Translations under genes and position numbers: made by a program | The notes under the pieces: model-generated | Database searches by the model: none | Told to the model about the DNA's origin: nothing | The model's input: the letters and a program-made list of their open reading frames with translations, nothing else | Assembly (NCBI GenBank): GCA_951406725.2 | Contig: OX597833.1 | Coordinates: forward strand, 50,282,001 to 50,346,000 | Reading direction: 5' to 3' | From: Octopus vulgaris | Taxonomy: Eukaryota | DNA: 64,000 bases | In this document: positions 41,599 through 54,024 of the stretch, in pieces | Position numbering within the stretch: the first letter of the stretch is position 1 | Layout: each line of letters opens with the position of its first letter

Positions 41599-42546
41599 TA
41601 CAAGTTGTCCATAAAGTCAATTCTACAAAAGTACTCATTCTTAACCCTAAACAATTAGACATGATGGAGAATACAGTTTTTCAACAAGATGGTGCCCCTT
41701 GTCACTTTGCTCTGCAAGTCAGGCTGTTTCCAACTGAGAAATTCCCTAGAAGATAGATTGAAAGAGATGGACCATTATTTTGGCCTCCACATTTACCAGA
41801 TTTGACTCCATGGGATTTCTTCTTATGAGAACATGTGAAAAGTATTGTTTATTCGGATCTTTTTGGTTTGAACGGCAGTTTTTTCTAGCGGTGTCATATG
41901 AAATTGTTACCCATAATTATGACCCTAGTATCGATCTATTGCATTTCAATGTTTTAGGGCAAGGGTTAGGGTTAGGGTTAGGGGAAGGGTATCTTTTTTC
42001 TTCACAAATGTAAATAAACCTAATCTGTTTCTTAAACGAGGGACATATTCATACGGCACAGAATGTTTTTTTTTTTACCTCAATAGACGACAGTGATTGG
42101 TTGAAATTGCAGAAATTGAAGAAAAAAAACAACAAATATCTTACAAACTATAGAATTTTCTCAATAAAACCAAGAGAAAAAGATGTTTTATAAACACATT
42201 CTACCAGTATACGAAGTTTGAAAATTTTTAGTTACCTAGAAATTATGTTAAAAACTGCCGTTCAAACCGAAAAGATCCGTTTATTCAACTAAGCCTCGAT
42301 CTTTAGAAGACTTGAAAGCAAGGATAACTGATGTGATTGAAAGCGTTACTGAAAATCAGTTGGAAAATGTTTTCTGAAAGCTACAGAATCGTATTTCTCT
42401 TTGTATTAGAAGAAATGGTAGACATATTGGAAATAAACAAATTCAGGTCATTCTTCTTTCTTATCCTTTTTACGGATTAATTCTACCATGTATAGTTACG
42501 AAGATACAAGTATTTTAAATCGCACCACGATTTTGTGGACACCCTA
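41599..42546 (+). mobile_element. Internally deleted Tc1/mariner DD41D (rosa-like) transposon, interrupted by a MITE
   Basis: FQQDGAPCHF-...-WPPHLPDLTPWDFFL with 41 residues between the aspartates. The frame resumes after the insert (TKPRSLEDLKARI). TIR remnants TACAAGTTGTCCATAAA and TTTTGTGGACACCCTA. Confidence 0.85.
41855..42278. mobile_element. 424-bp non-autonomous DNA transposon (Merlin-like) with internal (GGGTTA)n
   Basis: TIR GGATCTTTTTGGTTTGAACGGCAGTTTTT and AAAAACTGCCGTTCAAACCGAAAAGATCC; perfect 8-bp TSD GTTTATTC (41847-41854, 42279-42286). Confidence 0.92.
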
Positions 42547-42657
42547 TTTTAGCGTATTGGTTGGCGTATGGTTATCTTCATCCCTGATACTCACAAAAGC
42601 TGCCCTCGCAGTTTCTCGTTTTTTTCTTCCACACACCCACGCATATAAACCTAAAAC

Positions 42658-42913
42658 AGTGCTTCTCAACCATTTTTTTTTTTTTTACCTATGGACTCTT
42701 TTATTCCTGTTTTACTCGAATGAACCATCATAACCATTCGAAGTTTTTTTAAAGCCTATTGGCATGGGTGTGTGGTAAGAAGCTTGTTTCGCAACCACAT
42801 GGTTCCGGGTTCAGTCTCATTGCGTGGAACTCTGATCAAGTGTCTTCTACTATAGCTTCGGCCCGACCGAAGCCTTGTGAGTGGATTTCGTACGGAAACT
42901 GAAAGAAGCCCAT

Positions 42914-42945
<32 letters not shown>

Positions 42946-43587
42946 CTGTATATATATATATGTGTGTGTGTCTTTGTGTCTATGTTTGTCCCCACCGCCA
43001 TCGTTTGACAGCCGATGATAATGTGTTTACGTTTCCGTAACTTAGCTGTTTGGCAAAAATGAGCGACAGAATAAGTACTAGGCTTACAAAGAATTAAGTC
43101 CTGAGGTCGATTTCTTCGACTAAAAAAAAGCCCCATTAAAGCGGTGCTCCAGCGTGGCTGCAGTCAAATGACTGAAAGAAGCCTGTCGTATATATATGTA
43201 AATATACATATATATATGTGTGTGTGTATATGTTTGTGTGTTTGTGTTTGTCCCCAACATCACTTGACAACCGATGCTGGTGTGTTTACGTCACCGTAAC
43301 TTAGCGGTTCGGCGTAAACGACCGATAGAATAAGTACTAGGCTTACAAACAATAAGTCCTGGGGTCCATTTGCTCGGCTAAAGGCGGTGCTCCAGCATCG
43401 CCACAGTCAAATTACTGAAACAAGTAAAAAAGAGCAGAGTAAAAGGAATATTCAGAATTGTATAAAAAGAATGCTAAAATATTTTGTATAATGTAGAAAT
43501 GTAACCAATTTATTGCAGATGGATTCTAACAATGAAATCTTATACGGACCCCCAAAGGCCATAAGAACCCCCAGTAGAGACCTACTG
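42658..43587. mobile_element. hAT/Charlie-like MITE split by a family A SINE (42760-43445)
   Basis: Start CAGTGCTTCTCAACC, degenerate end GTAGAGACCTACTG; no clean TSD. Confidence 0.5.
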
Positions 43588-43871
43588 TTTCAAATATCTA
43601 TCTTGCTAACGATGTACTCAGTGACAAGACATATGCACTCTTCACGAGAACATTATAATTAGTCTCAAGGAGGAATTTCCCGCTAAGATTATTCTTTTAC
43701 AGCTAGATATTTTTTTTATTCTATTATTCTTTTATTCTTTTACTTGTTTCAGTCATTTGACTGCAGCCATGCTGGAGCACCGCTTTGAAGGGATTTCAGT
43801 CGAATGAATCAAACCCTAGTACTTATTTCTTCTTTCATTCTTTTTTTAAATAAAAACTTGGGTACTTAGTC

Positions 43872-44058
43872 TATCGTTCTCTGCTTCCACCTTTATGGAT
43901 AGGGCATATGATGCTTTCTATTAGCTTTTTGGCAAGTTTACCACTAGCAATGAAACTCTGGAAGTGTATCTGAAGTGGTCCTGCTAATTCTTGTTTACAT
44001 GACCTTAAGAAAATAGCTGGGAAACCATTATAGCCGGTTGCTGAGTTTGAGCTCAATT
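43872..44058 (-). mobile_element. CR1-group LINE RT-proximal fragment
   Basis: [29 protein letters not shown]...G......IICPIHKGGSR. Confidence 0.8.
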
Positions 44059-44107
44059 CATCTATGGTCGCTATTACATCTTCCTCTTCAATATATATCT
44101 ATATCTA

Positions 44108-44182
<75 letters not shown>

Positions 44183-44198
44183 TTGTCTGTCTGTCTAC

Positions 44199-44246
<48 letters not shown>

Positions 44247-44250
44247 GGAG

Positions 44251-44281
<31 letters not shown>

Positions 44282-44554
44282 AAAAGAGATAGATAGATAC
44301 ATGCATACATACATGCATGCAAGCATACATACATACATACAAACATACATACATACATACATACATACATACATACATACGTACATACATACATACATAC
44401 ATACATACATACATACATACATACATACATACATACATACATACATACATAACGTACATACAATTATACAGACATATATGCATGCACAAGTAAATATATG
44501 CGTACCTGCAAAATGGTGCATGTAGATGTCCACATATGGATTATTATGTATAAC

Positions 44555-44967
44555 CAGGAGTGGCTGTGTGGTAAGTAGCTTGCTAACCAACCACATGGTT
44601 CCGGGTTCAGTCCCACTGCGTGGCATCTTGGGCAAGTGTCTTCTGCTATAGCCCCGGGCCGACCAATGCCTTGTGAGTGGATTTGGTAGACGGAAACTGA
44701 AAGAAGCCTGTCGTGTATATATGTATATATATATATATGTGTGTGTTTGTGTGTCTGTGTTTGTCCCCCTACCATTGCTTGACAGCCGATGCTGGTGTGT
44801 TTACGCCCCTGTCACTTAGCGGTTCGGCAAAAATGAGACCGATAGAATAAGTACTGGGCTTACAAAAAGAATAAGTCCCGGGGTCGAGTTGCTCGGCTAA
44901 CGGCGGTGCTCCAGCATGGCCGCAGTCAAATGACTGAAACAATTAAAGGAGTAAAGGAGTAAAGGAG
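44555..44967 (+). mobile_element. SINE family A, full length
   Basis: Complete match. Confidence 0.92.
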
Positions 44968-45047
44968 GACATTGTCCACACTGCTTGCACGCTTAAACAC
45001 TTCGCTTCCTATATCGCTTTTTCTTCTTTTTACCTCCTCTCAATATT

Positions 45048-45472
45048 CTCTTTTACTCTTTTACTCTTTTACTCTTTTACTTGTTTCAGTCATTTGACTG
45101 CGGCCATGCTGGAGCACCGCCTTTAATCGAGCAACTCGACCCCGGGACTTATTCTTTTTGTAAGCCCAGTACTTATTCTATCGGTCTCTTTTGCCGAACC
45201 GCTAAGTAACGGGGGACGTCAACACACCAGCATCGGTTGTCAAGCAATGCTAGGGGACAAAAACAGGCACACAAACACACATGCACACATATATATATAT
45301 ACATATATACGACGGGCTTCTTTCAGTTTCCGTCTACCAAATCCACTCACAAGGCTTTGGTCGGCCCGAGGCTATAGTAAAAGACACTTGCCCAAGGTGC
45401 CACGCAGTGAGACTGAACCCGGAACCATGTGGTTGGTAGACAAGCTACTTACCACACAGCCACTCCTGCGCC
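45048..45472 (-). mobile_element. SINE family A, full length (tail-to-tail with the previous copy)
   Basis: Complete match on the minus strand. Confidence 0.92.
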
Positions 45473-46146
45473 TATATTTATTTATTTATTTGTTTGTCTG
45501 TTTGTTAGTTTGTTTATCAGTCTACTTCTGCCGGACGTCTGTGTGATATAGGCTAGTTAACAGTTTGGCAAGACTGCTGGAATGTCTAAGAGTGATGACA
45601 TCTCTTACATGTATTGCTGTGACAAAATTCGTAATACCATTCACTGTTACCAAGGTCCCCCACAAAACTACAAAAAAAAAAAGGAGAGAAGAAAACACAC
45701 ACACACACACATACACACATACACACACACAAATACGCACATACACACACGTATAAGAAAACGGAGAATTACAAGACAATTTCTTCTATTGCTTCAAAAG
45801 CCAGTGTTTTCCATTCGGTATATATTGAAATTCCACGAGGTACAAATAGAAAGCTCACAGTGAAACGGATTTCTATGCGTGACCTTCTATACCTGACAGA
45901 ATTATAAGAATGTCATTTGATTCTACATTCGATAGTTGCCTCAGAACTACTTACACACACATGGACAGACAGACAGACAGACATACACACACACATGCGT
46001 GCGTGCTAGCGAAAGCATGCACATTGCACACAAGCGCACACACACACATATATTACGTAGACACACATACGCACAGATATATATATTCACGCAGACATGT
46101 TTGTCTCTTTTTATAGGTAGATGTATATGTGTGTGTGTGCGTGTGC

Positions 46147-46192
<46 letters not shown>

Positions 46193-46404
46193 TGTGTGTG
46201 CGCGTGTGAGTGTGTGGGTTTTTGTGTGTAGATATATGTGTGTATGTATGTATTTATGTATGTATATTACATGCAGGCATATGTATGTCTACAGATATAT
46301 ATATGTGTGTGTTATATGTATATACAGATATATGTATATGAATGTATATTTACATATATATAAATGCTTTTATCTATGTAAAGGTGTGCGCGCGCGTAAT
46401 ATAT

Positions 46405-46509
<105 letters not shown>

Positions 46510-46547
46510 CACATATACGTACATATATATACTGATATGTACAAACG

Positions 46548-46605
<58 letters not shown>

Positions 46606-46792
46606 CTTATATGTACGCACACATACACACATCTAAATGGTAGATACATGAGTGTATAGTATGCGCATACATATCTCTGTTTGAGCATATGTATATATAC
46701 ACACATATACATACATGCATACATACATAAATAAATACACGCACACACATATATAACACACACACACATAATACACACACAAACATATATAT

Positions 46793-47040
46793 CTCTCTCT
46801 ATATAAACGGCAGTTTGTCTGTGCGTTTTCTGTGTGTCTGTTTTCTCGTACCCTCACTCTGACCACGGCTTTCAACCGATTCTGATGAAACTTCCACAGA
46901 CCGTCTAGGGGACGCAACTCCACCTTTTTTTAACTCTCAAAAAAAATTTAACATAATTTTTTTTCCATTTTTTTGCTATTTTTTGGCTATAACTCTCTAA
47001 AAATGTTTTATAGTTATTTCCCTTACAAACCTGAGCAAAC
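46793..47040 (+). mobile_element. Probable non-autonomous Helitron fragment
   Basis: TC..TATATAAAC start, GTTTGTCTGT tract, AACCGATTCTGATGAAACTT motif and CCTGAGCAA near the 3' end; terminal hairpin/CTAG not visible. Confidence 0.55.
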
Positions 47041-47326
47041 ATATATATATACATATATATATATACACACAGACACACAATACTTCTAATGTACTGCTTG
47101 TTTCGTGTAGGGCTTCATCTTTCTTATGGAATTTTCTTCTCCTATGTTACATTACCTCGGCTGCGTATAGTCGTTCGTATCCGGCACATCAGTTTGTGAG
47201 AAGCCTTAGATATTTCATGTGCATCATCTCATAGCAATAATAGCGCTAAGATTGTTGACTGCCTGTCAGCCTGTAAATCTATGTATTTGAATTTCTGTTT
47301 TATTTCGGTTTATTTATAACTATCTA

Positions 47327-47357
<31 letters not shown>

Positions 47358-47717
47358 TCCAGCGCACTTAGAATATTTGTAGGTCTTCGAAATGTATTAA
47401 ACTTTTCAAACTTCTTCATTAACTTCCTAACTTTCAAATTTGTTTTTTTTTTTGTTTTTTTTTTTGCTTATTTCTATTCCGTTCGCTCGCTCCCATTCTT
47501 GTTTTTTTTTCCATTCCACTCTTAAAGATACAATCAAAGATATACAATCAAACAGAGGAACGGGAACCAGCAGCGAACTGTATTCGTCGTTCTCTCAAAC
47601 ACGCGCGCAAAAATACACGCAGATATGTAAATATGTGTATATGCGGGTTTCTGTTATGGTTGCTGTTATGTGTGTGTTTGTGTGTTTGTGTTTATATGTA
47701 TGCATGGGTCTGTGTGC

Positions 47718-47776
<59 letters not shown>

Positions 47777-47860
47777 TGAGTGTATGTGTGTGTGCGTTTG
47801 AGTGAGAGACTGAGTAAAATCTTTCTGGCTACATTTTCTCTGCTTTCTCAGTGTAACTTT

Positions 47861-48560
47861 CACTCACTCACTCACTCACTCACTCACTCACTCACTCACT
47901 CACTCACTCACTCACTCACTCACTCACTCACTCACTCACTCACTCACTCATTCACTCACTCACTCACTCACTCATTCGCTCACTCACTCATTCACTCATT
48001 CATTCGCTCGTTCACTTACTCACTCATTCACTCACTCACTCACTCATTCACTCACTCACTCACTCACTCACTCACTCACCCACTCACTCACTCACTCATT
48101 CACTCACTCACTCACTCACTCACTCACTCACTCACTCACCCACTCACTCACTCACTCATTCACTCACTCACTCACCCACTCACTCACTCATTCACTCACT
48201 CACTTACTCACTCACTCACTCACTCACTCACCCACTCACTCACTCACTCATTCACTCACTCACTTACTCACTCACTCACTCACCCACTCACTCACTCACC
48301 AATTCACTCACTCAATCACTCATTCACAAACTTACTCATTCACTCACTCACTCATTCGCTCACTCACTCATTCACTCACTCACTCATTCACTCACTCACT
48401 CACTCACTCACTCACTCACTCACTCACTCGCTCACTCACTCACTCATTCACTCACTCACTCACTCACTCATTCACTCACTCACTCACTCACTCATTCACA
48501 CACTCACTCACTCATTCACTCACTTACACACTCATTCACCCACTCACTCAATCACACACA
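47861..48560. repeat. (CACT)n satellite with CATT/CACC variants
   Basis: Directly visible. Confidence 0.95.
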
Positions 48561-48799
48561 CATACACTCTCTCTCTCAGTTTTTAAGTGCATGTGTGTAT
48601 GTATGTATGTGTGTTTGTGTAAGTGTGTGTGTGTGAAGTGTAAGTGCATGTGGTGTGTGTTCATATACGTTTGTATAAATATTTACATATATGCTAATAT
48701 ACATATATATTCATTGGTGCTCCAGATAGCCACAACCAAATGTCTGAAACAAGTAAAGCAGTAAAAGAAGATATATTCTCACACATCTTTCTATCTACC

Positions 48800-48840
48800 T
48801 GCCTTGTCTATCTATCTATCTGTCTGCCTGTTTGTCTGTT

Positions 48841-48871
<31 letters not shown>

Positions 48872-48961
48872 TTATCTATCTATCTATCTGTCTATCCGTC
48901 TGTCTGTCTATCTGTCTGTCTGTCGATCTATCTATCTGTCTGTCTGTCTGTCTGACTGATG

Positions 48962-49011
<50 letters not shown>

Positions 49012-49080
49012 CGTCTGTCTGTCTATCTGTCTGTCTGTCGATCTATCTATCTGTCTGTCTGTCTGTCTGTCTGATTGATG

Positions 49081-49119
<39 letters not shown>

Positions 49120-49130
49120 GTCTGCCTGTT

Positions 49131-49218
<88 letters not shown>

Positions 49219-49283
49219 CGTCTGTCTGTCTATCTGTCTGTCTGTCGATCTATCTATCTGTCTGTCTGTCTGTCTGACTGATG

Positions 49284-49333
<50 letters not shown>

Positions 49334-49402
49334 CGTCTGTCTGTCTATCTGTCTGTCTGTCGATCTATCTATCTGTCTGTCTGTCTGTCTGTCTGATTGA
49401 TG

Positions 49403-49477
<75 letters not shown>

Positions 49478-49484
49478 GTCTGTC

Positions 49485-49515
<31 letters not shown>

Positions 49516-49589
49516 CTGTCTATCCGTCTGTCTGTCTATCTGTCTGTCTGTCGATCTATCTATCTGTCTGTCTGTCTGTCTGACTGATG

Positions 49590-49647
<58 letters not shown>

Positions 49648-49712
49648 CGTCTGTCTGTCTATCTGTCTGTCTGTCGATCTATCTATCTGTCTGTCTGTCT
49701 GTCTGATTGATG

Positions 49713-49747
<35 letters not shown>

Positions 49748-49835
49748 GTCTGTCTGTCTATCTTTCTATTTATCAATATCTATCTATATCTCTGTCTGTC
49801 TATTTATCAATCTATCTGTCTGTCTGTCTGCCTCC
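48800..49835. repeat. (TCTA)/(TCTG) satellite with higher-order units
   Basis: The landmark TATCCGTCTG...GTCGATCTA...CTGA(C/T)TGATG recurs about six times. Confidence 0.9.
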
Positions 49836-50342
49836 TATAGTATCCATCCCTCCATCCTTACATCATCCGCATCCTTCATCAGCATGCACACCCATACAGC
49901 AATACATACACATGCACGCACTGGCTCCCCCCCACCCCCACCTCCACCACGACCACCACCACAACACATAGTGTGACTCAGTACTCCCTTTAGCATTTAA
50001 ATGCTGTATAAATTAAATATCTTTTTGTGTCTATGGTATTTGGTTGAAAATATATTTTGATTGATACACACACACACATACACGCACACGTACACAAATC
50101 ATACTCGAACAAGCGCACACACAAACACACATGCACAAAGGCAAGCACATACACACAGACACGCACATACACACACACATAAGCACAACTACACACTCAT
50201 ACGCACGCATATATGCATGCACAAACATATACACACGTTTGTAGGGATATGTGTGCTTGTAGACATATATATATATACATATATGTGTCTATTTATGTAT
50301 ATATATATATGTCTCATATGTAAGTATATATATATATATATA

Positions 50343-50751
50343 CGCAAGAGTGGCTGTGTGGTAAGTAGCTTGTCTACCAACCACATCATTCCGGGTTCAG
50401 TCCCACTGCGTGGAACCTTGGGCAAGTGTCTTCTACTATAGCCTCGGGCCGACCAAAGCCTTGTGAGTGGATTTGGTAGACGGAAACTGAAAGAAGTCCG
50501 TCGTATATATGTATATATATATATGTGCGTGTGTGTGTTTGTGTGTCTGTGTTTGTCCCCTAGCATTGCTTGACAACCGATGCTGGTGTGTTTACGTCCC
50601 CGTTACTTAGCGGTTCGGCAAAAGAGACCGATAGAATAAGTACTGGGCTTAGAAAAGAATAAGTCCCGGGGTCGAGTTGCTCGATTAAAGGCGGTGCTCC
50701 AGCATGGCCGCATTCAAATGACTGAAACAAGTAAAAGAGTAAGAGTAAAGA

Positions 50752-50752
<1 letters not shown>
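50343..50752 (+). mobile_element. SINE family A, full length
   Basis: Complete match. Confidence 0.92.
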
Positions 50753-50788
<36 letters not shown>

Positions 50789-50951
50789 TATATAAATACG
50801 TATGTATATATATGCATATATCTATACGTTTATATGTATATATATATATAAATATATATATATACATATATATATATACATATATATACATATATATACA
50901 TATATATACATATATACTTATATGTATATACATATATACATATATATATAC

Positions 50952-50982
<31 letters not shown>

Positions 50983-52076
50983 CACACATATATATATACC
51001 TATATATGTATACATATATATGCATACATATATACATATATATATACATATATATATGTATATATACATATATATATATACATGTATATATATATACATA
51101 TATATGTATACATGTATATATATATACACTATATATGCATATATATATATATATTCATATATATATATATATTCATATATATATATGTATACGTATATAT
51201 ATCATTAATGGTCCGAAACTGAGTATTAATTACCATTTTGGTTGATAGCTAATGAAGAATTAGGGACCCCCTGTGTCCCTTCCCCGTCCGGTTGTACACT
51301 CAGTATACGTATAAGATTTTTATCTGTCGTTATTTATTTACTATGCATTTTTTCGCTTCTCTGTACACACACGTGTGTATGTATATTTATATATATGTAT
51401 GTCCCTGTCACTTAGCGGTTCGGCAAAAGAGACCGATAAAATAAGTACTGGGCTTACAAAGAATAAGTCCCGGGGTCGATTTGCTCGACTAAAGGCGGTG
51501 CTCCAGCATGGCCGCAGTCAAATGACTGAAACAAGTAAAAGAGTAAAAGAGAAAAGAGAGTATACACACACGCACACACTCATACACACATATACATACA
51601 TACATACATACATACATACATGCACACACACACATACATGCATCATGAATCTAGGGAATACAGTCTAATTCATCGCGAGAACACATTAACTCAGCAAGTA
51701 GTCGGAGCTATGACATTATGTCTTTGTGGAATCTCTCTCTTTCTCTCTCTCTCTCTCTCTTTCTTCTATTCTCTCTCTCCCTCTCTGTCCGATATCTGTC
51801 TTCTGTCGAGATGGTTGGGTATCTTTGTCACTCTCTTTCTGTCTGTTTTTGTGTGGTTAATAAACTCTTTTTGCAACCATGCCTTTTCGAGTTCAGTCCT
51901 ACAGCGTTCCACCTGGGGCAAATGTCATCTACCAACGCCTGGTGAGTCAAGTTGGCTGACAGAAACTATATGGAAGCCCGTCGTATTTGTATGTATGTAC
52001 GTTACGTACGTACGTATGTATGCATGTATGTATGTATGTATGCATGTATGTATGTATGTATGTATGTATGTATGTA

Positions 52077-52119
<43 letters not shown>

Positions 52120-52302
52120 AAAGGGCTTAGTAAAATAAATTACTTTGCCGCATACTGAACTCATTAGAAATAGCAGCTAAAAAACTTTTTTAAAGCTATT
52201 TCTAATACTTAAAGAAAATCTCTCTCATATATAGTGTTTGCTTAATTCAACTCACAAAAGTTTGGGGGTAAGGACATAAAAAAATCAAATGCTAAGGTTA
52301 TT

Positions 52303-52354
52303 TGAGAACGTACGTTTCAAGATTAGTCAAAACAACATTTCTATCATCAGCTCA
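52303..52354 (-). ncRNA. Type I hammerhead ribozyme-like motif, copy 1
   Basis: UGAG-CUGAUGA-stem II-GAAA-C-GUAC-G-UU-CUCA: both core boxes, palindromic minimal stem III, 4-bp proximal stem I extendable to AAGG/CCUU. Non-canonical U-U at 10.1/11.1. Confidence 0.6.
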
Positions 52355-52847
52355 GAAACTCCTTGGTTTGGATTTGGAAACACTGAAAGTAAGAACATAC
52401 CCTTTCGAAGATCCGCTCGTAACTAACAGTGCCAACAAACCCAAATAAGCAAGCGAAGAATTTCTGTCCTCCCCTTTCCACCAGCGTGGGTTAAAATCAT
52501 CAAACACTATGCTTATTTCGGTAAAATCCGAAGCATTAATTAGAGGGAGATTAATTATAATTTCAACAATTGAGGGTAAAATTAATTAATTATTAATCAA
52601 TTTCACCAAGTGTTCAGTATGCAAAGGGACCATTTAAGGCGAATTCAAATTATTACATTATATAAAAGGGCTTAGTAAAATAAATTACTTTGCCGCATAC
52701 TGAACTCATTAGAAATAGCAGCTAAAAAACTTTTTTAAAGCTATTTCTAATACTTAAAGAAAATCTCTCTCATATATAGTGTTTGCTTAATTCAACTCAC
52801 AAAAGTTTGGGGGTAAGGACATAAAAAAATCAAATGCTAAGGTTATT

Positions 52848-52899
52848 TGAGAACGTACGTTTCAAGATTAGTCAAAACAACATTTCTATCATCAGCTCA
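52848..52899 (-). ncRNA. Type I hammerhead ribozyme-like motif, copy 2
   Basis: Identical to copy 1, 545 bp away. Confidence 0.6.
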
Positions 52900-53618
52900 G
52901 AAACTCCTTGGTTTGGATTTGGAAACACTGAAAGTAAGAACATACCCTTTCGAAGATCCGCTCGTAACTAACAGTGCCAACAAACCCAAATAAGCAAGCG
53001 AAGAATTTCTGTCCTCCCCTTTCCACCAGCGTGGGTTAAAATCATCAAACACTATGCTTATTTCGGTAAAATCCGAAGCATTAATTAGAGGGAGATTAAT
53101 TATAATTTCAACAATTGAGGGTAAAATTAATTAATTATTAATCAATTTCACCAAGTGTTCAGTATGCAAAGGGACCATTTAAGGCGAATTCAAATTATTA
53201 CATTATATAAAAGGGCTTAGTAAAATAAATTACTTTAAAAAAGTTTTTTAGCTGCTATTTCTAATGAGTTCAGTATGCGGCAAAGTAATTTATTTTACTA
53301 AGCCCTTTTATATAATGTAATAATTTGAATTCGCCTTAAATGGTCCCTTTGCATACTGAACACTTGGTGAAATTGATTAATAATTAATTAATTTTACCCT
53401 CAATTGTTGAAATTATAATTAATCTCCCTCTAATTAATGCTTCGGATTTTACCGAAATAAGCATAGTGTTTGATGATTTTAACCCACGCTGGTGGAAAGG
53501 GGAGGACAGAAATTCTTCGCTTGCTTATTTGGGTTTGTTGGCACTGTTAGTTACGAGCGGATCTTCGAAAGGGTATGTTCTTACTTTCAGTGTTTCCAAA
53601 TCCAAACCAAGGAGTTTC

Positions 53619-53670
53619 CGAGCTGATGATAGAAATGTTGTTTTGACTAATCTTGAAACGTACGTTCTCA
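53619..53670 (+). ncRNA. Type I hammerhead ribozyme-like motif, copy 3 (inverted arm)
   Basis: CTGATGA at 53623-53629, GAAAC at 53655-53659, GTT triplet at 53664-53666; T>C at 53619 removes one stem I pair. Confidence 0.55.
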
Positions 53671-53954
53671 AATAACCTTAGCATTTGATTTTTTTATGTC
53701 CTTACCCCCAAACTTTTGTGAGTTGAATTAAGCAAACACTATATATGAGAGAGATTTTCTTTAAGTATTAGAAATAGCTTTAAAAAAGTTTTTTAGCTGC
53801 TATTTCTAATGAGTTCAGTATGCAGCAAAGTAATTTATTTTACTAAGCCCTTTTATATAATGTAATAATTTGAATTCGCCTTAAATGGTCCCTTTGCATA
53901 CTGAACACTTGGTGAAATTGATTAATAATTAATTAATTTTACCCTCAATTGTTG

Positions 53955-54024
<70 letters not shown>

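Larger units (their letters stand above)
52112..53957. mobile_element. 545-bp unit in tandem (52112-53236, ~2.06 copies) then inverted (53233-53957, ~1.33 copies); retrozyme or Penelope pseudo-LTR-like element in (TA)n
   Basis: AAGGGCTTAG ends at 52130, 52675 and 53220 (period 545). 53282-53957 is the reverse complement of 52561-53236. (TA)n lies on both flanks. Each full unit has a hammerhead-like motif. Confidence 0.8.

Noticed and set aside
41956-41985. Telomere or chromosome-fusion relic
   Set aside because: There are only about three repeats and they lie inside a TSD-bounded MITE
46880-46893. CTGATGAAAC as a ribozyme core
   Set aside because: There is no room for stem II; it fits the Helitron-like ACCGATT.TGATGAAA.TT motif better
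53466-53675. 69-aa ORF in the inverted 545-bp unit
   Set aside because: It has a non-ATG start and is truncated by a TGA in the two forward copies; no homology is recognisable
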